Assembly: GCA_013239625.1 (NCBI GenBank)
Contig: MU053379.1
Location: 1,108,974-1,172,973 of the forward strand
From: Lama guanicoe
Lineage: Eukaryota
DNA length: 64,000 bases
Reading direction: 5' to 3'
In this document: positions 48,933-61,009 of the stretch, in pieces
Position numbering within the stretch: position 1 is the first letter of the stretch
Layout of the letters: every line of letters starts with the position of its first letter
Translations under genes and position numbers: made by a program
The notes under the pieces: generated by a model
What the model saw: the letters and a program-made list of their open reading frames with translations, nothing else
Databases searched by the model: none
What the model was told of the DNA's origin: nothing

Positions 48933-50284
48933 ATCCGCTGTTCGCACTTCCAGTGGTTTCAATACATTCTTCTTATCTGATTTCCAGCTTCTCGGAAATG
49001 AAGACACAAAAGATTATAGAGATGGAAACACAAGAGTTCTATTCCTTAAAAAAAAATTAATACTTCTTTTGCAGCAGGCTTTCTCAATGCTGAGGAAATA
49101 ATCTATGCCAGAAGCCGCAGGTTTAAGTCAGCTCTAAATCTGGCCTGATTCTCAGAATTCCCATCATTGCTATGGGACTTCTGATCAGCCAACAGGACCA
49201 AAAAATATCAATTTCAGGAACCTAGGAAGTAAGTGGTGTCTTTGCATCAGCCTGGTTTTGCACCCTCGCTGAGCCCAAAGCTGACTCATGGAGACGGTTC
49301 TCGAACCTCAGTCTTCTGTTTTTTAATTTGCTTTGCTTGCTCTTGGATACCACCTCGCTTTTCAGCTGGCTCCCAGGGAGGTGTGCCCGGCAGTACCCTG
49401 TCTCATGCTTCAGACAGGTTGAAAGTGCATGGGAGGCAGAGCTGAGGGTCCTTGGGACTGAGATTCAACCACCCTCTAACTTCTTCAGCCCCGCCTGCAA
49501 AATAGAAAACTCTGAGCTGAAGGGTGGCAGGGCCTGGCTGACTGTGATGATCCTTAGAGCCTCTGTGTTTTTCTGGGCTGGATGCCAGAGCCAGCATATC
49601 CAGGCAGTGTTTGCAGAGAAAAACTCTTCTGTTTGCTTATGTTGCTTTCTTGCTCTTTCTCATCAAGATTTAAACAATTGCTGGTGCTGAGAATCAGCAG
49701 ATTCAGGGGGAAACAGCAACAACATCAATAACAACCTGAAAAACGGGCCGGCAGGCTCAGAGGCCCTCTGGAGGTGGTGACTTTTGGACTTTCACTTGAA
49801 TCCCTACTGTGTCCTGCCATCTTTTCCCTTACATTCTCCATCCTGGGTTCTGCAGTTAAGGTCTGTTGAGGGCTGTTCTGAGCATAAGACCTGGGCTGAG
49901 AAGAGATGCGATACATTTGTTTTCTCCCGTGTCTGAAAGAAGAGAAACCCAAATTCAGCCAAGTGGATAACTCTTCCGAGGCTAAAAAAGAAAAGTGTGT
50001 TTGTGACACATGCATCCTCTGAGATATTATGTTGTGACCTACTGTGTGTTGTGTGCTGTTCTAGATATTACTTACATGAACAACAATAAAACAAGACTAT
50101 AGTATCTAAACTAGTTACAGTGTTTCTAAATGGTGGTGATGTGGAGGTCTGGGGTTTGATTTTAGTCCTATGATGCACATATCGTGGTTATATTTTGTTT
50201 TATTCATGATTAATTAGACAGCAACATTACGGGGCTTCTTTTCCACAGCTGGGCCAGGGAAAGTACAAGATGAGCCTGAACTAG

Positions 50285-50850
50285 TTTTTTTTTTTCAATT
50301 GAGGCATCGTTAATTTACGATATTTTGTAAATTTCCGATATACAACATGGTAACTCACAATTTTTAAAGATTATACTCCATTTATAGTTATTATCAAATA
50401 TTAGCTGAATTGTACACCCCTGTGTTACACAGTATACCCTTGTAGCTTGGTTACTGTATACATAGTACTCTGTACCTTTTTATCCTCCTCCTCTATTTTG
50501 CCCCTCCCCCTTCTCTTTCCCCACTGGTAACCACTACTTTCTTCTCTGTATCTCTGAGTTTGTTTCTTTTTTGCTTTATTCACTAGTTTGTTTTATTTTT
50601 TAGATTCCACATAGAAGTGATGTAATAGAGTATTTGTCTTTCCCTGTCTTGTTTCACCAAGCACAATACCCTCCAAGTTGATCTAAATTGTTGCAAATGG
50701 CAGCCTTTCATTCCTTTGAATGGCTGAGTAGTGTTCCATCGTGTGTATCTATGTATCTGTCTAGCCCCACATCTTCTATATCCAGTCATCTGTTGATGGG
50801 CACTTAGGTTGCTTCCCTAGCTTGGCAATTGTAAATAATGCTGCTATGAA
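50285..50850 (-). mobile_element. L1 3' end
   Basis: T-tail, then ttttttagattccacat...tggctgagtagt...gatgggcacttaggttgcttcc. Confidence 0.8.
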
Positions 50851-51760
50851 GAGCCTGAAGCGTCTTGTATCAGTAAGAAAGGAAGTATTTGAAAAGGATG
50901 GGGACACGTCAAAAGGCTCAGGAAACAGCCTGACAAATGGCCAAAGCTGAAAAATTGAAGCACTGAATAAATAACAATAGTGTTGGGTTATAACCCATAG
51001 AATAAAATAAACACCCGCTAGTACATACCTGATATAAGTAAATACATTTTTAAAAATCAATTAAGCAAATAAGGGAGAAAAGACAGCTCTTCCTGACAGA
51101 GAAATTCTAATTAATAAATGTAGAAGGAGGAAAACAGAAAATCACCTTTAGAAAACCCAGCATTTGTCAGAGCCACTGATGAATGCTAAAGTAGTCAACA
51201 GAAGTTTGAAGAAAGTCAGAATATTTGCAGTCTCAGATACCTCCCCCAAGATGTTTATTAATTACAAAGGGAAAAATAGTAATTTTATGGTGCACAAATC
51301 CAGGAGACAGCACCAAAACCAAGGGATCAAAGGCAACATCACTATAAAAAGCTAACATCACCACATTTCTCCCCTGAAACCTGCACTGGTGAAAGGGCAC
51401 AGCCCCACCAGGGTTCCTGGGGGAACGCACCACCTGCATTGGATGCTGAGACAAACCCAAACTGAAGGATACTCTACAAATAAGTGAGCAGTACTCTTAA
51501 ATACTGCCCAGGTCATGAAAGTCAAGGGGAGACAGGAACTGTCACAGATTCGAGGAGATTACGGTTACATGACATCCAAACGTAGTGGCGGGAAACCTGT
51601 TAGAAGTCCAGGTAAAGCCTGCAGATTGGTTAACAGGATTGTACACATGACCGTTCCTTAATGTTACATGGTTGTGCTAGATATTAACGTTAGGAGAATC
51701 TGAGTAAGGGTCAGTGATGCATTTTTCTCTAAGTATAAAAAAAACTTTTTAAAGAACAAA
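50851..51760 (+). mobile_element. Old L1MC/MD-like 3' UTR fragment
   Basis: cccccaagatgtttattaattacaaagggaaaaatagtaattttatggtg...caaacccaaactgaaggatactctacaaa. Confidence 0.6.
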
Positions 51761-53019
51761 ATACATTTGAAAGTAGGTCTATTTTATGTTTCATAGAAAA
51801 AGGTTTACCTTTAGGTTCAGAATGGTCTGGTTTTACAAAGCACCTGTTTATCATGGACTCAGGGTCATCGGGAGATGCAAACTTGTGTGTCTCTGGAAAC
51901 ACTGTCAGGGTAACTAAGACTTTCCTTCTTGCTTTGCTCTCACTGACTTGGTATTTCCAGGTTGTTTTGGTTTTCCAGATTTGTATAAACAAACTCCTGG
52001 CTCATAAGTATTACATATTCCTTGCAGGGGTGATGTGGCTTATAAAATACTTTGTTTTAAAAATATATATATAAAAACCACTTGGTGTGAATTTTGTTTA
52101 CCTGAAATCAGATGTCATGTTGACCCTATGACTTCTCCTGGCCTCACATTCATGCATTGAAGTCTTCAGATCACACCCAGAAAGACCGCATCCCTTAATG
52201 CTTCAGTTACAGGGACCCAACTGATGGGAAGAAACACAGAACAAGAGATTTTTCCCAACTATCTAAACAATTAGGACCTTCTGAGAGAAAAAAAAGCAAA
52301 TTTCCAGTAACCAGAAAGTTTTATAAATCACTATGGTTATGAAAATCACAGTAACCAACAATTAGCACAAAAAATTTGGGTGGTGCCTTTTGTACTGTAT
52401 CAGCGAAACAATAGAAAAGAGTGGAATGTTCCCTTTTTTGACCTTTTGTATGCTTTTCAAAGAAACATTTATTTTTAAAGAAATTGTATTTTTAACAAAG
52501 TTGCTATATGTTCCTTCTTGGTCTATGAATAGTAACACTGGTCAAGTAGGGAAAAAGTGACTCCAGGCAAGGCCACCATGAACAGTTGTGCATGTTGTGC
52601 ACTGCAAAAAAAGACACTCAGATGAAGGGTTAATGGGGTTGAAATCCATCCTCCTCTGCTCTCGAAGCTGCATGCCTGTGGTGTCATCTCCACCAAGAGG
52701 GATGGTTGCCTTATTCTAATGACACAAAGGTGCTGAACAGACTAGTGTTGGCTCTGACCATGGGTACGGTGTGACTGGTGCCAGGAGCAGACTAGGAAAT
52801 ACAAGTCTGGTGTGGCAAAAGGGATTTTGATGATCAATGAGTATTGAAAACTCTTTATAGTCTTATGGCAAATATTTCTTTCTGGGTCCAGTGTCTTCAT
52901 TAAAAAAGTAAGGCTCCCTGTCATCCCAGAAACCCACCAATTTCCTATGTACACACATGTGCACACATAAATCAGCACAAATGGCAGCTCATTATTATAT
53001 CCTTCGCTTTTTAAAAACT

Positions 53020-56000
53020 TTTAATAATATTCTCTTTATTCTGATAAAATATACAGAATATAAAATTTACCATTTTAACAGCTTTTAAGTATATGGCTCA
53101 CTGAGACTAAGGACAGTCACAGTGTTATAAAACCATAATCGCTGTCTCTGTGCACAATTCTTTCATCAACCCAATTGAAACCTGTACCCGTTAAACAGTA
53201 ACTCCCTATACCTCCCTCCGCCACCCCTGGTGGCCACCATTCTACTTTCTATCTCTATGAACTTGACTGTTTCAGCTGCCTCATACAAGTGAAATCATAC
53301 AATATTTGTCTGTTTGTGTCTGTCTTATTTTACTTCAAATAATGTCTTCAAGTTTCAGTCGAATAACATCTTCTATGTTGTGTGTGTTAGAATGTCATTT
53401 CTTTTCCAGGCTGAATAAGTTCCATTGTACGTATAGCTCACGTCTTGTTTGTCCATTCATCTGTCAGCGGACACTTGGGTTGCTTCAGCCTTTTGGCTAC
53501 TGTGGATAATACTGCTGCGAACACGAGTGTATAAAAATCTCTCCAAGACCTTGCTTTTAATTCTTTTAGATGTATACCCAGAAGTGGAATTTGAGATCAT
53601 ACAGAAATTTGATTTTTCAGCTTTTGAGGAACCTCCATACTGTTCTCCACAGCAGCTGCTCCGTTTTACATTCCCTCCAGCAGTGCACAAGCGTTCCAGT
53701 TTCTCCACATCCTCACCAACACTTGTTATTTTCTGGGGTTTTTTTTTGGGGGGGGGGTTGGGGTAGTAACCATCCTTATAGGTGTAAGATCGTATTTCAT
53801 TGGAGCTTTGATTTGCATTTCCCTAATGATTAGTGATGCTGAGCATTGTTTCATGTGTTCATTGGCCATTTGTGCATCTTCCTTGTTGAAAGGTTGTCCC
53901 AGCACCGTTTGTTGAAAAGCTTGTCCTTTTCCCATGGTGCGGTGTCAGCACCCTTGTCAAAAATCATTTGCCCCTACAGATGAGGTTTATGTCTGGGCTG
54001 TCTATTCTATTCCGGTGGCTTACATGTTTGTCTCTATGCCAGGACCGCACAGTTTGGATTATTGTAGCTTTGGAAGTAAGTTTTGAAACCATGAAGTACG
54101 AATCCTCCAACTTTGTTTTTTTTTCCTCTCGAGATTGTTTCAGCTATTTGGAGTCCCCTGAAATTCTATATTAATTTAAGGATGAATTTTCTATTTCTGC
54201 AAAAAAAAATACCATTAGTAGTTTGATGGGGATTACACTGACTCTGTAGATCACTGTGGGTGATATCCTGATGACTTTAAGACTTCTAATCCTTGAACAT
54301 GAAACGTCTTAACATTTATTGTGTCTTCTTTAATTCCTCTTAGCAATGGTTTATACTTTCCAGTAGCCAGACTTTCACCTCCTGGGGTAAGTTAATTCCT
54401 AAGTATTTGATTCCTTCCTGATGCTACTGTAAATGAAATTATTCTCTTAATTTCCTTTTCGCATTGTTCTTTGTTAGTGTGTAGAAACACAAGTGATATT
54501 TGTGTGTTGATTTTGTATCCTGCTGTCTCTCTGACTTTTCAAAATGTATGCATTAGGGCTTGTTCACACAATTAATATTCAGACATACCTCATCATACTC
54601 CGGATAGCGCTTCATCGTGGGGATATTCTAGACCTGAGACCAAAGCTACCTGTCTTCATACTTAAAAGTCTATATTGCTGCCTCTTGGCCCAGAAAGCCT
54701 AAAATACTATCTGGCCCTTTAAGAAAAAACTTGCCGAGCCCCATTCTAGAACACAGTTGGCCAATCGCTTATGGAAAGGCCATTTGAATTGTTTCCAACT
54801 CAGTGCTTTTGTAAACAATGTTTCCATAACATTCTCATTTATTGACTTTTGCCTCGGGTGTATCTATCTGTAGGGTGGTTCCCTAGTAGAGGAGACGTTG
54901 CCAGATGAAGAGGTACATGGATTTTCGTTTCGACAGTTAACACCAGAGCGCCCTGGAAAGAAATCCGCACCAGCGCCTCTTTCCCGCGTGCTTGCCGTGG
55001 GAATTACCCGTCTGTTTCATTTTTATTGTCACATTGGACTTTCCATTTCTTTCACTGTAAGTTTGGTCAAGCACCTTTTCACGTATAAATTACCTGTCCT
55101 TGTCTTTTGTTCACTTTTCTTTTGGATGTTGGGTTGTTGATATTTACCTGCTCTTTCTGTTCTTAAGTAACACTTCTTTCAATATTAAAGCAACTGGGCC
55201 TTTGTCGTACAAGCAGCAAATGTTTTTCCCAAGTTTGTCATTTAAAAAAACTCTTTAAATAAATATTTTTCCCTAAATAAACTTTTTCCCTTAGAGTGCT
55301 AATCTGCTTTTTTTAGAAGTATAGTTGATGTACAGTGTTATATAAGTCACAGGTGTACAATACAGTGATTCACAATTTTTAAAGGTTAGACTCCATTTAT
55401 AGTTATTATAAAAGATCGGCTGCATTCCCCGTGTTGTACAACACATCCTTATAGCTCATTGTATACATAATAGTTTGTACCTCCCCTATAAATAAGGTTT
55501 ATATGTATATAAACCTGGCAGTCTTTTCCTTCATGTCTGTTGGGTTTTATGTCCTGCTGAGAAAGATCTTCCGTATTCGGAGATGATTGTTAAAAAAAAG
55601 AACCCTCAAGTTTCTTCTCCTACTTTTATGTTTTTGAAACTACTTTCATCCATCTGGAATTGACTCGGTGTAAGGAGCAAGGTATGACTCCAGCTGGGAC
55701 TCAGCTGTCCCAAAGTCACTTACCGAATAATCCGTCTTTTTCTCACTGCTCTGAAACGCCATCTTTCCATATGTATTTGGGTCTAATTCTGGGCTCTCTT
55801 ATTTGTCGCATTGATCTAGCTGTGCATTCATATTGCTATTTCAAGTTCCCTTAGTTAAGTATAGTTTTCTAATGACACTTATTATTTGGAAGGAATAGCC
55901 TCCTCTCTTGGCTGCTTCTGTAGAATTTCTTGGCCATTTTTGCATGTTTCACTTTTCATATGAACTTTAGAATCAGTTTGTCTAATTAAAAACTATTTTC

Positions 56001-56370
56001 ATTGAGATTGCATTAAATTTTTGGATCAGTTTAGGGAGAAAAAAATGATATCAGTTCTTCCTACTCAAAAATAAGATATGCCTTACTATTTATTCAAGTT
56101 TTTGAAAGTTTTTCTAGAGCTTTAAGGTTTTGGTTCATTTCAATTCATTTGAATTGCGTTTGTTCCTAGATATTCTACCTTTTGTGGGTGTTGTAAATGG
56201 GATCTTTCTCCTATTGTATTTTCTAACAGGTTCTTTGCACATCAAAAAGTGATTGCTTTTTGTATATTATATTTATAATTAGCCACATTACTGAATTTTC
56301 TTATTTCTACTCATCTGTCAGGCAGTTCTCCTGGGCTTCGCAGATGCACAGTCGTGTCACTATAAGTCAT
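53020..56370 (-). mobile_element. Stacked L1 fragments (L1MA/MB-like 53020-54540, older L1 to ~56370, small young 3' end ~55310-55490)
   Basis: Recognisable antisense L1 ORF2 and 3' UTR sequence, e.g. ORF 53726..53935(-) [26 protein letters not shown]. Confidence 0.75.
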
Positions 56371-57493
56371 GTCACTATGATACTTTCTCCAAAGAGTTAA
56401 TCACACATTCACTTTTCCTCCAGGGTTTCACCACAGGGCTGTGCAAGGATCTTCCAGTTCTGTCCTTCTCAAAGGCTGTGTCCGCTTAATGCAGGTGGTC
56501 AACAAACCTACTTATTGTTATTACAATAATAATGCTGCTGTGTGTTCATCCTGATGTCCCGCGGGCTCTTATGCACTTCTGGAGCCAGCCTACGTTTGCA
56601 AAACGACGAGACTCTACCATAGGTAGCTTGAGCATCTGTTTGCCAAAGCCCTAAGTGATTCAGGCTGCACCTAATCCACTGAGCTAGGAACTCAGAATTT
56701 CAAAATGGCCAAATAGAGCTTTAATAGCACTTTTGTAGTTCACATCCAAAGTCATGTGCCACTGTGACACAAACCTCCACTTTCCTCTCCTGTGAAATGG
56801 GTACACATCCTCAAGGTGCTTGGAAGAAGCCATATTGTTCATATGAAAACATCTTTGCATAATGGTAAGACTAAGAGGTCCTAGGGAGGCCCCAGGTAAT
56901 TCCTCTCCTCTCCGGGTTTGCCCCAACACTCCTGTTCCTTCCATCCTCACCAGGAGATGCTGGCTGATTCACCAGCTTCAGTCTGAGAGCAGGCACCGAG
57001 GGTCCTGTCTGTCTTCCCAGATGCACAGGATCCCAGTTTCCTCCTCCAAGTCTTGATGTCTCTGCCAAAGATTCCAGGTACTGATTGCAAACCATGGGAG
57101 AGTGGCGCGCCCTCTGGCTTCTCCCTGTGGGGCATGCTTAGGGCATTAGTCACCAAGAAAGCCCACGGTGCGTTTGTTTAGTAAATGTGGCAATGGAAAC
57201 GCTCCGCGCCAGCAGCTTCTTTGGCATTTCGACTCTGTCATCTCAGAAAAACCTCCTCAAGCCATCGCTATTTATTCCAAAGCACAATGCCCGTAAAACC
57301 ATAATGCAGGACCAGGGGCTGTGTGCCTGGCTCCACACTCAGACAGCTCTGGATTTCGAAGGCCGCCTGGCAGCCCCTCCTGAAGTCATCTGGGCTCAGG
57401 GCGCCACTCCCTGGTCATGCCTGGACTCTTGACTGATTGATTCCATTCAATGGGGAAAGTTCCTCTTTTATTTGCTTGGCAAAGTTCCTGTGC

Positions 57494-57982
57494 CTGTGAT
57501 GCGAAGCCTAAAATTAAGGCCCAGGATTTCGTGCCACCCTGACATCTGATGAAACCCACAGAGCCTCAGATGCCCTCACTGTCGGCTCTCCTCCCGACCC
57601 TGCTCCCGGGATGAGGTCCCCCCAGACAACCCTCCTTGGCAAGGGCACCCGGCGCAGTTCCTGCTTATCTCTGAGCAGCGGCTTTTAGCCCGTGGAATTG
57701 CTCAGACTAGCCAACCACATCCTCCCGCGTGAGCCCGAGGTCACCCCCTCCCCTGGATACTGCCAAGCCCCCCTCCACAGGAATCAGGCCGTTCACCTCG
57801 TTTGCACGCACAGCCCCTGTGTGGCTCTGAGTGGCTCCGGGGCCTCCTCCCTGGCTGTGAGCACCTGTCACTGCTGAAGCGTTGTCAGTCCCACCTGTCC
57901 GGTGCCCAGTGTCCAGCTGTCCCCCAGCCCGAGGGCGGGAATTCCTCTGTCACCAGCAGGAGGAATAGGAGGCAATTAAACG
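57494..57982 (+). mobile_element. Solo LTR (ERVL, MER54/MER73-like)
   Basis: tgtg...cctaaaattaaggccc...tgacatctg...cagttcctgcttatctctgag...gaataggaggcaattaaac. Confidence 0.6.
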
Positions 57983-58186
57983 ATGCCCACAAGGGATATG
58001 CACAGAGAGCCGTAGATGAGCAGCGCTGGAGGGCCGGCCAGGCTGGGGCGGCGGGGCGGCTGCGAGGAAGTGGGCAGAGACCGGCTCGGGCCCGTCCCAG
58101 TGCATTTCTCTGGCGCTGTGATCTTAGTGGTGGGCCCCTCTGGAGCCTGTTGAGCGGGGATGAGAGCTGGCTGTATCTGAGTTTTA

Positions 58187-58375
58187 CTTTGTTTTATTTT
58201 TTATTTTTTTGGTGGGGGGAGGTAATTAGGTTTGTTTATATATATATATATGTATATATATATTTTTTCTTTTTAATGGAGGTACTGGGGATTGAACCCA
58301 GAACACTGTGCATGCTAAGCAAGCACTCTACCAGGGAGCTGCTCCCCACCCCCATCCCCTATCCCCCATCCCCTC
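58187..58375 (-). mobile_element. Vic-1-type SINE with 12-bp TSD and internal (TA)n
   Basis: TSD atctgagtttta at 58175-58186 and 58376-58387. Confidence 0.88.
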
Positions 58376-60259
58376 ATCTGAGTTTTAAACAGATGACTCT
58401 GGGCAGGTATGGGCTGAGCTCAAAGGGGATGAGGCTAGAGGCCCCAAGTCTGATTACGAAGCCAGTGCAAACCTCCAGGTAAGAGACGATGAGGACCCCA
58501 GCAAGGAACAGGGCTGTGGGGTGAGAGGACAGGAGAGCCTTGGGAAGTGTTTATAATGTGGAAAATGCAATCTGCTTGCCCCACCTAATCTGCAGGCTGC
58601 AGGTGTGTGTTGAACCCTCTCGTGAGTGAACGAGCACTCATGGAGCACTCGCTGGAGCCCAGCAGGACTGCAGGGTCAGGTTGTGCAGGATGAGTCCTTC
58701 CCAAGGGCAGCCACCCGAGGATGAGTGGTGGGGGCCACCTGGCCTTCACCCCCCCCAGGCATAATGGGGAAGGAGGTAACCAGGAGATCTGGGACCAAGA
58801 TAAGGCCCTCCTGGTGATGACTTTGATTTATAAACCCAAAGGATGACGGAATCTCATGCTCAAGTGCTGACTCAGGCTGGGTGTGCAGAATTCTGAAAAG
58901 GCAGACACCATCTCTCACCGTTTTCCCATGTGAGGTAAGAGCTGGACTTCTTGAAAAAGAAAAAAACCTTCCATTTCTTCCCTTTTGATAGGATTAACCT
59001 TCCACATGTTGACTCATGAGTGAATTCACCAGTGGATCCAAATTTAAGATTTATTTTTCAAGGCTGGGGAGTGTTACCAGGGCCCTCTGGACTGTGACTT
59101 CAAGAGAAATTTTAGGAAGACGAGAAACTCAGTGAATGAAACACTTAAGAACGTTATGCCAGTAGTTGCGTGGTGGAGCTATCTGGGGAGTTTTTAAAAA
59201 TACTTAAACCCAGCTCCACACCCCGAGGCTGTGATGCACTCAGCGGGGCAGGGCCTGGGCATCTGTATGTCGTTGTCACTCCCGGAACGGCCGTGTCGGG
59301 GAAGGGGCCTGCAAGGCTGTCAGCCCAGACCCTGGTAGGAGAGAAAGTGCACATTGTGAGACCAGCAAGCAACATTTTATGTCAAAGGACTTTCACAACT
59401 GTTAGCTTTCACGACCTCGTTTTACTCACATGTTATGCTAAATCAGAGCTCAAAAACCTTGCTCATTAAATGGTTCTCAGACCAAGAATTTAAGATTTAA
59501 GTACAGGAGAGCTTCAAGTTGGGAGGAAAAAAACATTCAAGAAGATTCCACCTTACTGATTCCAACTTAAGCACATAATCAGGCACTCCGGAGGGCTAGC
59601 TGTCATCCAGTGTGTTTGACAGGTTTGGAAAATCCCCAAATAATTAAACAAATTAGATGTAATGCCTGGAAACTGTGATAGTTAGGTTGGCACCTTAAAT
59701 TCTGATGACAGTTTTTGTTTCATCTTCTCTCTGCCCCAAAGTGAACTACAGAACAAGGTTTACAAGGACATAGAGGACTTTTTTCCCTCCTAATAAGTCC
59801 CTAAAAAGGTGTGGCAGACTCTGGAGAAACCTGCTCTTCATGTGCTCCTGCGTTCAGCTGCTGATTCTCCCTGTGGCTTTTAGCAATTTCTTCTCGGCTT
59901 TCCCAGCAGTGGAATTAGTGAAGGTCACCACACCCACGGACCAACACCCACAGCAACACGGGCCTCAACCAGGCACCTGCAAAACCATAGAAGAGACACG
60001 TTCCTCTCCTCACACAGGCTTCAATTCCAAAACAGTGTATTCACTTGCACTATAGTACAGTGAGCAAATGGAGAAACGCACAAGCTCCCAAGCAAAACCC
60101 GAGACATATGCACAGAGAGAGGGTGGGATTAATCACTACAGCAGCGGTCGGTCCCCAGACTCTGCTCAGGGCCCTGAGCATCTCAGTCATCTGCTCATGG
60201 TGCCCCCAGGCCATCTAGAATCCTCCAAACTCCTGTTATTAGGTTCAAGTAACACGAGT

Positions 60260-60790
60260 TGCGTAAGTATTTGGTAGCCATTTGAAAAAATGATACGTAT
60301 AGTTTGAAAAAATATCTTTTGTTTCTTCTCTAAATAAATATCCTGAAATCAACTAACTATTAAGGTGCCTGTTGGGCATTTGCACTTCTCACGCCTTGGA
60401 ACCAGATTGGATGACTCCACCTTCACTTCCTCTGCCACGCTGATCCTCAACATGATACTTGTTTTGGTTTTTTCTTTAATCACAGCAAACACTGAAAACT
60501 CAGCTTTGCAAACGTATAGTGTTATTAAAGGAATGAGCATGATCTAAGGTTGAAACTGTGACCGACTTCAAGCTAGTCTCAACCTGTCGGAGACTTTCTT
60601 TCCTCACTCCCGGAATGATGATAAAAGAGATGCGTGCCTTACTTGGCATTACTGCTGGGAAAAATGAGTGTGGCAAAGTGCAAAAACGGTCTCTGAAAAA
60701 TGTACAGCGCTATGATAATAGACACTCTTATTTCCAGGAATAAATAATAAAGACGGTAAGTTGGAAAATACCATAAAATAAATGAAATTA
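60260..60790 (-). mobile_element. hAT-Charlie transposase remnant
   Basis: ORF 60349..60540(-) LIPLITLYVCKAEFSVFAVIKEK resembles the hAT dimerisation-domain motif (LLPF.TTYLCE.GFS....IK.K). Confidence 0.55.
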
Positions 60791-60834
60791 AATACAAGTA
60801 TCTTGAAAATTATTATCATCCTTTAAATCTTACC

Positions 60835-60980
60835 ACTTCAAGTGTGGTCCAAAGAGCAGAGGCTGCTGGGAGTCTGTGTGAGAAAAGCAGATCTCAGCTT
60901 TACCCCAGAGTCAAAACCTGCACTTTAACAAGATGTGTAGATGGTTCATGCGCACATTAAAGTTTAGGAAACACTGATCT
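60835..60980. mobile_element. MER5-like hAT MITE
   Basis: cttcaagtgtggtcc...aaacctgcactttaacaag...cacattaaagtttaggaaacactg. Confidence 0.65.
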
Positions 60981-61009
60981 AATTTACTTTAATTATTTTG
61001 TATTTGTAT

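Larger units (their letters stand above)
45043..59097 (-). pseudogene. Candidate decayed multi-exon pseudogene of a PH-domain adaptor (PLEKHS1/GAB-like)
   Basis: Exon-like blocks on the minus strand: ~59091-58919, ~57059-56951, 56635-56512, 52944-~52870, 52280-52102, 52038-51809, 49981-~48951, 46400-46266, 45139-45050. Most have AG/GT boundaries; two donors are degenerate. Peptide fragments resemble PH and PLEKHS1 C-terminal motifs but require frameshifts. Similarity judged by eye only. Confidence 0.4.
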
